Below, one piece after another: positions 48,544-56,740 of a stretch of 64,000 nucleotides of DNA. This stretch comes from Candidatus Dormiibacterota bacterium. GTDB taxonomy: Bacteria; Chloroflexota; Dormibacteria; Aeolococcales; Aeolococcaceae. The position numbers were made by a program, and so were the translations under genes. The notes beneath the pieces were generated by a model, which saw nothing but the letters and a program-made list of their open reading frames with translations, did not search any database and had not been told where the DNA came from. The stretch is taken from the NCBI GenBank assembly GCA_963709585.1, contig CAVPXI010000007.1, forward strand, positions 480,001 through 544,000, written 5' to 3'. The number at the start of each line of letters is the position of its first letter. Positions within the stretch are counted from its first letter, which is position 1.

Positions 48544-49824
48544 ATGGCCATCGTTCTGCCCTTCGAGGGCACTCGCTACAATCCCGAGCACGTGAAACTC
48601 GGCGGCGTGCTCGCGCCGCCGTACGACGTCATCACGGACGCGCAGCGCGAGGAGCTGTACGGCCGCGATCTGCGCAACATCGTCCGCATCGACTACGGCG
48701 TGTCGTACCCGAACGACGTCGAGGGCGTCGACGACCGCTACACGCGCGCCGCATCCTTTCTGGCGTCCTGGCTGGACCTCGGCGTCCTGGTCCGCGACGT
48801 CCCCGCGAGCTTCTACGTCGTCGATCACCACTTCCAGCACCCCGATGGCACTCGGCGCATGCGCCGGGGTGTGCTCGGGACGGTGGCGGCAACACCCTGG
48901 GAAGCCTCCGACCTGCGTCCGCACGAGCGCACGCTGCGCGGCCCCAAGTTGGACCGCCTTGCGCTCCTTCGCGCCACGCGAGCCCAGACGAGCCCCGTCT
49001 TCGCGGTGTGGACCGACGCCGACGGCATCGCCGAGACACTCGACGGCGTGGCGACCGGCGACGCGCTGCTGGGCGGGCGCATCGATGGAGAGATCGCGTC
49101 GGAGAAGTTGCTGCTCTGGCGCGTCGCCGACCAGAAGCAGGTGGAGGCGATCGAACGCGCTGTGCGCGGCGCCGCGCTGTACGTGGCCGACGGCCATCAT
49201 CGCTACGAGACCGCCGCCGCATACGCAGCGGAGCGCCGTGACGCGGACGCAGACGCACCACCGGGCGCGCGCTGGGAGCGCTGCCTCGTCTACCTCGCCG
49301 CAGCGGACGATCCCGGCATCACGATCCTGCCCACGCATCGGCTCGTCCGGCCGGGACCCGGGATCGCCTTCAGCCTCGACGACCTCTGGGCACGTCTCGA
49401 TGACGTCTACGAGGCGGTGCCCGCAGCCGACGGGCGCGCGGCGCTCGCCGCGGCGGCGTCGATGCACTCGACCCACCACGCGTTCGCGGTGGTCGCGCAC
49501 GACGGCGCGGCGGTGCTCCGGCGTCCGCGACGCGGCGAGGGCTCGCCGCGTGACCGGCTCGACGTCGCCGTGCTCGAGGCCGAGGTGCTCGGGCCTGCCG
49601 GCGTGTCTCGCGACATGATCAGTGGCGGCGCGCTGGCCTACACTCGCGACCCGGGCGAGCTCGACGCCGCGGTGACACGTGGTGAGGCAATCCTCGCCTT
49701 CGGCGTCCTGCCGGTGAGCACCGACGAGGTGATCGCGGTTGCCGGCGCCGGGGAGACGATGCCGCAGAAGTCAACGTACTTCTACCCGAAGGTGCCGACC
49801 GGGCTGGCATTGTTCGAGGTCTGA
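48544..49824 (+). CDS. DUF1015 family protein
   Basis: PPYDVI, PHERT, ADGHHRYE, ILPTHR, MPQKSTYFYPK. Confidence 0.92.
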   Translation: MAIVLPFEGTRYNPEHVKLGGVLAPPYDVITDAQREELYGRDLRNIVRIDYGVSYPNDVEGVDDRYTRAASFLASWLDLGVLVRDVPASFYVVDHHFQHPDGTRRMRRGVLGTVAATPWEASDLRPHERTLRGPKLDRLALLRATRAQTSPVFAVWTDADGIAETLDGVATGDALLGGRIDGEIASEKLLLWRVADQKQVEAIERAVRGAALYVADGHHRYETAAAYAAERRDADADAPPGARWERCLVYLAAADDPGITILPTHRLVRPGPGIAFSLDDLWARLDDVYEAVPAADGRAALAAAASMHSTHHAFAVVAHDGAAVLRRPRRGEGSPRDRLDVAVLEAEVLGPAGVSRDMISGGALAYTRDPGELDAAVTRGEAILAFGVLPVSTDEVIAVAGAGETMPQKSTYFYPKVPTGLALFEV

Positions 49825-49910
49825 TCGCGTCGCTGTCACCTCGGCGTGTTTGGCTCGAGGCCGTCAACGGGTAGAGTTGAAGCGTTCAACCGCGAACAGG
49901 GAACCATTGA

Positions 49911-50292
49911 TTGCCTACCTACGGATACCGCTGCCCGACGTGCTTGACCGAGTTCGAGCTCTGGCAGTCGATGCGCGACGATCCCGGCGCTTCCTGCCCG
50001 ACGTGTGGCGCCGCCGCGACGCGCCAGTTCTTTCCCGCGGGCATCGTCTTCAAGGGCTCGGGCTTCTACAAGACCGACAGCCGCAGCGCCGCCTCGTCCT
50101 CGATCACGTCGGACGGCGGGGAACTCGAAGAGCGCGACCAACGGCACCAAGCCTGACGGCGCAAAACCCGGCGCCGCCAAGGCCGACGGCCCAAAAGCCG
50201 ACGGCGCAAAGTCCGACGCCAAGACCCCCGCATCCGGAGCTTCTTCATCGACCTCGACCCCAAAACCCGTCTCGACTGACGCCGCCAGTTGA
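49911..50292 (+). CDS. FmdB-family zinc-ribbon protein with low-complexity tail; one apparent frameshift
   Basis: MPTYGYRCPTC...CPTC, FKGSGFYKTD; repairing 50121-50126 adds the KPDGA/KADG repeat tail. Confidence 0.85.
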
Positions 50293-50333
50293 GTACGATG
50301 GATCAGCGGCTGCCCCACAACCAGGAGACCCCC

Positions 50334-50663
50334 ATGTCCCACCCCGTCACCGTTACCGACACCACCTTCAAGGAAGAGGTGCTGGACTCGGAGCTGCCCG
50401 TTTTGGTGGACTTCTGGGCCTCGTGGTGCACCCCGTGCAAGATGATCGCCCCGATCGTCGAGGAGTTCGCCACCCAGTACGACGGCCAGGTCAAGGTAGC
50501 CAAGGTTGACGTCGACGCCAACCCGATCACGCCTGGAATGTTCGGGATCATGAGCATTCCGACGCTGATGATCTTCCGCGGCGGCAAGGCCGAAGAGCGC
50601 ATCGTCGGCTACCAGCCGAAGCAGTCGCTCGAGGCGAAGCTGCTCGCCGTTCTCGCCGCCTGA
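50334..50663 (+). CDS. trxA: Thioredoxin
   Basis: VDFWASWCTPCK, SIPTL; AGGAG SD. Confidence 0.95.
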   Translation: MSHPVTVTDTTFKEEVLDSELPVLVDFWASWCTPCKMIAPIVEEFATQYDGQVKVAKVDVDANPITPGMFGIMSIPTLMIFRGGKAEERIVGYQPKQSLEAKLLAVLAA

Positions 50664-50668
50664 CCCGC

Positions 50669-51952
50669 TCAGACCCCGAGTAGCTCGATCACCTCGCCGG
50701 CGAGGTAGAGGGACCCGCACACCACGACCACGCCCGCGCGGCCAGCGCGGACGTGCGCGCGATCCAGGGCGGTCTTCACATCGGCGGCGCTTTCGGCGGG
50801 AGGATCGAAGAGTCGCGCGAGCTCGGCGGGCGGGGTCGCCCTCTCGACCGCGGGAGCCGTGACCACGACGTCGGCCGTGAGCTCGCGCAGCCCCGCGGAC
50901 ATCGATTCGACGTCCTTGTTGCGCATCGCCGCGAAGACCGCGACGCACGGGCGCCCGCCGATCAGCTCACGAGCCGCGGTGACCATCGCGGCCATTCCCG
51001 CCGGGTTGTGAGCACCGTCGATCAGGATCGGCGGCTCGCCGTCGATCCAATCCATCCGGCCCCGCCAGCGCACGTTCTCGCAACCGCGCAGGACAGCGTC
51101 CGCATCGATAGTGACGGCGATGCCGGTGGCTCTGAGCGCGTCGCAGACCGCGACCGCGGTGGCGATGTTGGCGACCTGGAATGCGCCCCGCAGCGGCGCG
51201 TGCACGGTGACCGGCTGCCCGTCGTATACGGTGTCGACCACGACCCCGCGCATCCCCGCGGAGCGTCCGGTGAATCCCACGTCGTCGCCGACCACCGTCA
51301 GAGTCGCGCCGACCTCGACGACGCGCGCCCGCACCGCGTCGAGCCCGAGCTCGGATGCGGCGGTCACGGTCCGGTTGCCGGGCTTGATGATCGCAGCCTT
51401 CTCGCGCGCGATCTCGGGGACCGTCTCGCCGAGCAGGTCCTGGTGGTCGAGCGCGACGTTGGTGATCGCGGCGACGCCCAGGTCGAGAACGTTGGTGCTG
51501 TCGAGCCGGCCGCCGAGGCCGACCTCGCACACGAGCACCTCGGCATCCGCCTCGCGTGCAGCGAGGATGCCGGCGGCGGTGAGCACCTCGAACCCGGTTG
51601 GCTGGAGTTCCTCGGGGAGGGCCTCTGCCGCCTTCCATACGCGAGCGACCAGTGCCCCGAACTCCGACTCGCCGATCGGAACGCCGTCGCGAACGATGCG
51701 CTCGCAGTACGAGACGAGGTGCGGGCTGGTCAGGAGCACCGACCGATACCCAGCGGCGCGACAGATCGAATCCACGGTCGCGCACACGGATCCCTTGCCG
51801 TTGGTGCCCGCGACGAGAGCGCCGCGGAGTCCGACATGGGGGTTGCCGAGCGCCGCGAGCAGGGCTCGCGTGCGTTCGAGCCCTGGCATGATGCCGCGCC
51901 ACGCGACCGAGTCGAGCGTCGCCACCGCGCGGTCGTATGTCGCGGTGCTCAT
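50669..51952 (-). CDS. folC: Folylpolyglutamate synthase / dihydrofolate synthase
   Basis: AGTNGKGS, TSPHL, EVGLGGRLDSTN, DGAHNP, GSLYL. Confidence 0.95.
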   Translation of the reverse strand: MSTATYDRAVATLDSVAWRGIMPGLERTRALLAALGNPHVGLRGALVAGTNGKGSVCATVDSICRAAGYRSVLLTSPHLVSYCERIVRDGVPIGESEFGALVARVWKAAEALPEELQPTGFEVLTAAGILAAREADAEVLVCEVGLGGRLDSTNVLDLGVAAITNVALDHQDLLGETVPEIAREKAAIIKPGNRTVTAASELGLDAVRARVVEVGATLTVVGDDVGFTGRSAGMRGVVVDTVYDGQPVTVHAPLRGAFQVANIATAVAVCDALRATGIAVTIDADAVLRGCENVRWRGRMDWIDGEPPILIDGAHNPAGMAAMVTAARELIGGRPCVAVFAAMRNKDVESMSAGLRELTADVVVTAPAVERATPPAELARLFDPPAESAADVKTALDRAHVRAGRAGVVVVCGSLYLAGEVIELLGV

Positions 51953-52506
51953 GCCCAGTGCCAGGCCTCGTTCATCGCCTCCCCGGGGTCGGGCAGGCTG
52001 ACCAGGCGGCGCAGCGCTCCGATCCACGCTCGCCGCCGATCGGCAGCGTCCTCGACTCCCTCGATCCCGAGGTCGCGGTAGAGGCCGCCGGTCTGGTGGG
52101 CGAGCACCGCCTGCACCTCCTGGTACTCGAGGAGACCGGAGGCGTCGACGATCGCCGCGCCGCCGCGATCGGTGTCGACCACCAGCCGGAAGACCCGACC
52201 CTGGTTGTCGTCGAACGTCGATCGCGGCGTGATCGTGATCGCCCCGATCTGCGGGAGGAGGCCGGCGATCCGATCCAGCCACGCGTGCTGCGGATCGGGT
52301 GACGCCTCCACGTCGGCGTCGACAAAGAGCTCACCCGCCAGGGAGAGCACCGCGGTCTGGAACTGCGTGTAGTACAGGAGATCTGCGCCGTTGAGGGCAA
52401 CGCTGCCGACGTCGGTGCCGTCATCGCCGCTGAACGTGACCATGAACGGGCGCGCGTACGGCTTGCGCGCCTCCGACTCGCTCCAGCGAATACGCATCGA
52501 GGGCAT
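51949..52506 (-). CDS. Hypothetical protein with internal domain duplication
   Basis: Fills the gap between folD and folC (ATGA overlap with folC); two similar halves. Confidence 0.65.
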   Translation of the reverse strand: MPSMRIRWSESEARKPYARPFMVTFSGDDGTDVGSVALNGADLLYYTQFQTAVLSLAGELFVDADVEASPDPQHAWLDRIAGLLPQIGAITITPRSTFDDNQGRVFRLVVDTDRGGAAIVDASGLLEYQEVQAVLAHQTGGLYRDLGIEGVEDAADRRRAWIGALRRLVSLPDPGEAMNEAWHWA

Positions 52507-52511
52507 CGGAC

Positions 52512-53378
52512 TCAGACCTGGACGAGCCCGCGCCGCGCCCGGGCAAGCGCCAGGGTGTTGCGAAGCAGCATGGCGATGGTCATCGGCCCGACGCCGCCGG
52601 GCACGGGGGTCAGCCACCCGGCGATCGGCTCCACGGCATCGCGGTCGACGTCGCCGACCACGACACCGTCGCGCGGGGTGGTGCCGACGTCGATCACGAA
52701 CGCGCCGGGTTTCACGTATGAGGAGCCGACCATGCGCGGTCGGCCGATCGCGGTCACGAGGATGTCCGCCTCGCGGCAGATCGACGCGAGGTCCTGGGTT
52801 CTGGAGTGGCAGATGGTCACCGTGGAGTCGGCGTTGGTCAGCATGAGCGCAAGCGGACGTCCGACGATGGCGCTGCGCCCGATGACGACGGCGCGGCTGC
52901 CGCGCAGTGAAACCCCGCTTCGGCGGAGCAGTTCCATGCACCCGAGCGGGGTGCCCGGCGCGACCACCGCGGGGTGGCCCTCGGCAAGCCGGCCGAAGTT
53001 GTACGGATGGAACCCGTCAGCGTCCTTGCCCTGGGACACGCTCTCGGTCACCGCCTGCGCATCCACGTGCCCGGGCAGGGGCAGCTGCACCAGGATCCCG
53101 TCGACGCCGGGGTCGTCGTCGAGTCGCCTTACCAGGTCGACGAGCTCGGCGGTGGTGCTCTCCGCCGGCGGCCTGTGCAGCGCGAACTCCACCCCGGCGC
53201 GCTCGGCGGCGCGACCCTTGTTGCGCACGTAGATCGCCGACGCCGGGTCGTCACCGCAGAGGACCACGGCGAGCGAGGGCGGGCGGCTGCCGGCCTCGGT
53301 CATGGCGGTTATCTCCGCGGCGATCTCCGCGCGTAGCTCGGCGGCGATCGCCTTGCCGTCGACGATGACCGCGCTCAT
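52512..53378 (-). CDS. folD: Methylenetetrahydrofolate dehydrogenase/cyclohydrolase
   Basis: YVRNK, GILVQLPLP, KDADG, GRSAIVGRP, TPVPGGVGPMT. Confidence 0.96.
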   Translation of the reverse strand: MSAVIVDGKAIAAELRAEIAAEITAMTEAGSRPPSLAVVLCGDDPASAIYVRNKGRAAERAGVEFALHRPPAESTTAELVDLVRRLDDDPGVDGILVQLPLPGHVDAQAVTESVSQGKDADGFHPYNFGRLAEGHPAVVAPGTPLGCMELLRRSGVSLRGSRAVVIGRSAIVGRPLALMLTNADSTVTICHSRTQDLASICREADILVTAIGRPRMVGSSYVKPGAFVIDVGTTPRDGVVVGDVDRDAVEPIAGWLTPVPGGVGPMTIAMLLRNTLALARARRGLVQV

Positions 53379-53770
53379 TCTTCGAGCCCTGCCTGAACTC
53401 CCGCCTGCGCGAACCGCTCGATGATCACCCAGCAGCGGTCGATCATTCCGGCGATGGGTGGCTGTTTTCCGACGCGGACCTTGACGCTGTCGATTCCCGG
53501 CTGGGCGAGGACGCTTTCGGCGATTCGCGCGGCGATCGCCTCGATCAGGCTGTACTGCTCGTCCTCGACGATCGTGCGCACCATGGCGAAGGCACGCGAG
53601 TAGTCGAGCGTATCGGCGATGTCGTCGCTACGGCCGGCGACGGACAGGTCCATGCGGATCTCGACGCCGACGTAAAAACGATTGCCGAGCGTGCGCTCCG
53701 CCTGGGTTTCGCCGTGGTAGCCGTAGAACGACATTCCCTCGAGGACGAGCAGATCCGGCGAGCCAGGCAC
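53375..53770 (-). CDS. folB: Dihydroneopterin aldolase
   Basis: FYGYHG...E...G..F, SDDIADTLDY, LIEAIA. Confidence 0.93.
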   Translation of the reverse strand: MPGSPDLLVLEGMSFYGYHGETQAERTLGNRFYVGVEIRMDLSVAGRSDDIADTLDYSRAFAMVRTIVEDEQYSLIEAIAARIAESVLAQPGIDSVKVRVGKQPPIAGMIDRCWVIIERFAQAGVQAGLEE

Positions 53771-53843
53771 GGCGCGATTGTACGGAGGCGTGCCGTCCGC
53801 GACGGCGGGCAGGCCGCGGGGGTGCGACGGGCGAGGCTGCGCC

Positions 53844-54113
53844 TCAGACTCCGCGAACGCCGCCCTCGGGTCGCAGCACCTGCTCGTGGTGGTCGACCGG
53901 GTTGACCATCACCACCTGGAAGAGATCCTCGAAATCGCACGCGAACAGCTGCATCAGCGACTGACGGAGCTTCGGCCCCGGGTTGCGTGTGCCCGCCTCG
54001 AGCGCCGGGATGTAGTTCTGGGTGACCCCGAGCCGGCGCGCCAGCTCGCGCTGGGTCAGGTGGTGCTTGTCACGCATCGCCCGCAAACCGACGGCTCTCA
54101 CCTCGACATTCAC
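53844..54113 (-). CDS. XRE-family helix-turn-helix regulator
   Basis: LTQRELARRLGVTQNYIPALEAG.RNP, EDLF. Confidence 0.88.
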   Translation of the reverse strand: MNVEVRAVGLRAMRDKHHLTQRELARRLGVTQNYIPALEAGTRNPGPKLRQSLMQLFACDFEDLFQVVMVNPVDHHEQVLRPEGGVRGV

Positions 54114-54120
54114 ACGGACA

Positions 54121-54150
54121 AATATACCCACCTGTGAGTGTGTTCGTCAA
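54121..54150 (-). promoter_or_regulatory. Sigma70 promoter of the XRE gene with candidate operator
   Basis: Minus strand TTGACG-N18-TATATT, 7 nt upstream of GTG; imperfect inverted repeat ACTCAC-AG-GTGGGT in the spacer. Confidence 0.6.
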
Positions 54151-54193
54151 CGCAACGAGACGCGGGGGCCTGTCGTCTGGTAGACCGTGGTCG

Positions 54194-54724
54194 GTGAGCA
54201 TCCCCGGTCGCGTCCCACTGCACACCGTCCGGCTCGTCCTGGAGCCGGTCTCCCACGCCCACGACGATGACCTGTTCCAGGCGGCACTCGCCTCGCGTGC
54301 CGAGCTCCTCCCCTGGATGCCGTGGGCGGTCGACCTCTCAATGGACGCCCAATCCGCCTATACGGACCGGGCGCTGGCGGAATGGGAGTCGGGGTCGCCC
54401 GCATTCGCGATCACCGAGCACGGCATCGCCGTCGGGATCATCGGCCTGATGCGCGAGACCGACGCCGAGTACGAGATCCACTACTGGCTCGCCACCGAGC
54501 GCACCGGGCGGGGCTACGTCACCGAGGCAGGGCAGGCGCTGCTCGAGTGGGCGCGAGATGCGCTCGGCGCGCAGCGCATCGTGCTCCACGCCGGCATGGA
54601 GAATCGACGCAGCCTCGGCGTCGCGGAGCGGCTCGGTTTCACCCGCGACGGTGACCTCGAGGGAGGCATGACCGGCGGGAGCGTCGCGGTGTTTCCAGCG
54701 TACAGCCACCACCTCGCCCTCTAA
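54194..54724 (+). CDS. GNAT acetyltransferase (RimJ/RimL type)
   Basis: TVRLVL, L.PWMPW, EIHYWL, GRGYVTEA, NRRS..VAERLGF. Confidence 0.88.
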   Translation: MSIPGRVPLHTVRLVLEPVSHAHDDDLFQAALASRAELLPWMPWAVDLSMDAQSAYTDRALAEWESGSPAFAITEHGIAVGIIGLMRETDAEYEIHYWLATERTGRGYVTEAGQALLEWARDALGAQRIVLHAGMENRRSLGVAERLGFTRDGDLEGGMTGGSVAVFPAYSHHLAL

Positions 54725-55584
54725 CCGTTGCGCTTGAGGAGCCCGAGCCGCTTGGCCCGGTGTTCCGCCTTGGCGAACACCAGGATCCCGCAGGGGATCA
54801 GCACGGCGCCCATGCCGAGGAGGAGCAGGATCGTGCCGAGCAGCGCTCCCGCCCCGGCGTGGTCGAGCAACGCCGAGCGGATCCCGGTGAGCGTGTAGGT
54901 GAGTGGCGATGCGTCACCCATGATCCGGAACGCCACCGGAAGCACCGTCAACGGGTAGTACACGCCCGAGACCAGGAGCAGCACTCCCTGCACGGCGACG
55001 GCCATCTGCTCGCCCTTCTCCGGGGACAGCAGCGGCAGGATCGACGTGAAGATGCCCAGGCCGAGCACCGGGAATGTCGACGCGGCCAGGACCAGGAGGG
55101 CCGAGCCGATGTCGGCGTGGGACAGGTCGAGGTGGAACGCAAGCGCGATCGCGACCAGGATGACGACGCTGCGGAGCATCGCGTACACGATCGCGAACGA
55201 GCAGATGCCGAGCAGGTGGGTGACCCGTCGCACCGGCGCCATGAACGTGTATTCGATCGTCCCTTCCCACCGCTCCCACGCGATCGCAAAGGACACGTCG
55301 AAGAACATCAGCGACAGGTAGCTCCACAGCAATGATCCGACCAGCAGGTAGAGCTGGGCCTGGGCGACGTTGACCCTGGCGTTGGCGCCGCTGAACGAGC
55401 CCAGCCCGGAGGCGAGATAGCCGATGCTCAGCGTGCTGACGATGCTGTAGACGAGCCACACGACCTCCCAGACCCAGTAACGGCGGTAGAGGTTGCGCTG
55501 GCGCTCGAAGAATCCCAGGAACGCGTTGACTTCGAGACGCATCCCGCGCGAGCGCAGATCGACGTCATGAATGCCGGCACTCAT
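54721..55584 (-). CDS. ABC-2 type exporter permease
   Basis: ERWEGTIE...APV, SGVYYP, SPLTY; six TM helices. Confidence 0.9.
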   Translation of the reverse strand: MSAGIHDVDLRSRGMRLEVNAFLGFFERQRNLYRRYWVWEVVWLVYSIVSTLSIGYLASGLGSFSGANARVNVAQAQLYLLVGSLLWSYLSLMFFDVSFAIAWERWEGTIEYTFMAPVRRVTHLLGICSFAIVYAMLRSVVILVAIALAFHLDLSHADIGSALLVLAASTFPVLGLGIFTSILPLLSPEKGEQMAVAVQGVLLLVSGVYYPLTVLPVAFRIMGDASPLTYTLTGIRSALLDHAGAGALLGTILLLLGMGAVLIPCGILVFAKAEHRAKRLGLLKRNG

Positions 55585-56438
55585 CACGATTCCTCCTCGT
55601 CTTCATCGGCTTCGCTGTCGTCGTCGAAGCTCTTCCCGGTCAGCCGGAGAAACACGTCCTCCAGCGAGGATCCGTCGCCGGACACACCGTGCTCGGCGCG
55701 CAGCGCCTCGGGCGTGCCCTCGGCCAGGATCCGGCCGCGGTCGAGAATGACCACGCGATCGCAGAGCCGCTCCGCCTCCTCCAGGTCGTGGGTGCTGAGC
55801 AGCACGGTCACGCCGGATTGCGCGCGTATGTCACGCACGAATCCCTGCACCTCACGCTTTGAGCGCGGATCGAGACCCGTCGTCGGCTCGTCCATGAGCA
55901 GCAACGACGGACTGGTCAGCAGGCTCCGGGCGATCGCGACCTTCTGCTGCTGCCCGCGCGACAGCTGCTTCATCGGTCTGTCCACCGTGTCGCGCGGCAG
56001 TCCGAGCCTGATCAGCGCGGCGACCGCTGCCTCACGGGTGCCCCGCCCGCCGCGTCCGTAGAGACGCGTGGCGTACGAGAGGTTCTCCCACGGGCTCATC
56101 TCCTTGAAGAAGCTCGCCTCGACCGAGACACGATTGACGTGGCGGCGCACCTCATGGCCGTCCGACACCACGTCGTGGCCGAAGACGCGTGCACTTCCCT
56201 CGTCCGGGATCGTGAGGGTTGCGAGCACGCGGAGCAGCGTCGACTTGCCGCTGCCGTTCAGCCCGACGATGGCGACCATCTCGCCGTCGCGCACGCGCAG
56301 ATTGACGGAATCGACGGCGCGCCTGAACGCCTGTGCCGGCGGACGGCGACGCCATGGCCGTCCGCGTCGCTCGCGCCGGAACGACTTCACAAGCTTGGTC
56401 ACTTCGACGGCAAGGCCGCCGTCACTTACCCTGGACAC
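55584..56438 (-). CDS. ABC transporter ATP-binding protein
   Basis: GLNGSGKST, LSRGQQQK, DEPTTGLD, STHDLEEAE, SLEDVFL. Confidence 0.94.
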   Translation of the reverse strand: MSRVSDGGLAVEVTKLVKSFRRERRGRPWRRRPPAQAFRRAVDSVNLRVRDGEMVAIVGLNGSGKSTLLRVLATLTIPDEGSARVFGHDVVSDGHEVRRHVNRVSVEASFFKEMSPWENLSYATRLYGRGGRGTREAAVAALIRLGLPRDTVDRPMKQLSRGQQQKVAIARSLLTSPSLLLMDEPTTGLDPRSKREVQGFVRDIRAQSGVTVLLSTHDLEEAERLCDRVVILDRGRILAEGTPEALRAEHGVSGDGSSLEDVFLRLTGKSFDDDSEADEDEEES

Positions 56439-56480
56439 CGATTTCTCCTGCTCACGTTGATGTTTCTCTTCTGGACAAAC

Positions 56481-56513
56481 AAAAAGGACCGCGCCGGCCG
56501 GGCCGCACGATCC
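56481..56513 (-). terminator. Intrinsic terminator in the 5' leader of the ABC operon
   Basis: Minus strand GGATCGTGC-loop-GCGCGGTCC 9-bp stem followed by TTTTTGTTT. Confidence 0.75.
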
Positions 56514-56543
56514 TGTGAGCAGAGCGCTGCGATGCTCAGAGAC

Positions 56544-56618
56544 TCAGGGAGCGACCCCCGACGAGCGGACTCGTCCCACCGAAGGGATCAGCCCGACTCC
56601 GATGCCGTGCAACACCAT
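56544..56618 (-). CDS. Candidate leader peptide MVLHGIGVGLIPSVGRVRSSGVAP
   Basis: Preceded by AGAGGAG SD; lies between the promoter and the leader terminator. Confidence 0.45.
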   Translation of the reverse strand: MVLHGIGVGLIPSVGRVRSSGVAP

Positions 56619-56661
56619 CACAAAAAAGGGCTCCTCTGCGCGAATCAACGAACGAGGCGTC

Positions 56662-56690
56662 ATGGTAGGTGCTGCGCACCGCGCTGTCAA
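56662..56690 (-). promoter_or_regulatory. Near-consensus sigma70 promoter of the ABC operon
   Basis: Minus strand TTGACA-N17-TACCAT. Confidence 0.8.
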
Positions 56691-56740
56691 ACCAGCTCGA
56701 GCAGCCGTGTGGTCGTGCCGGCAACGGGTATCCTCGGGAC

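Noticed and set aside
3152-50126. Genome decay (many pseudogenes) or programmed ribosomal frameshifting
   Set aside because: The affected genes have intact motifs on both sides, lack premature-stop erosion, and the lesion occurs in both orientations relative to the gene, which fits a double-stranded DNA-motif artefact rather than mRNA recoding
50148-50225. Short tandem repeats (AAGNCCGACGGC-like)
   Set aside because: They encode the low-complexity KADG tail of the FmdB protein; no spacers, so not CRISPR-like
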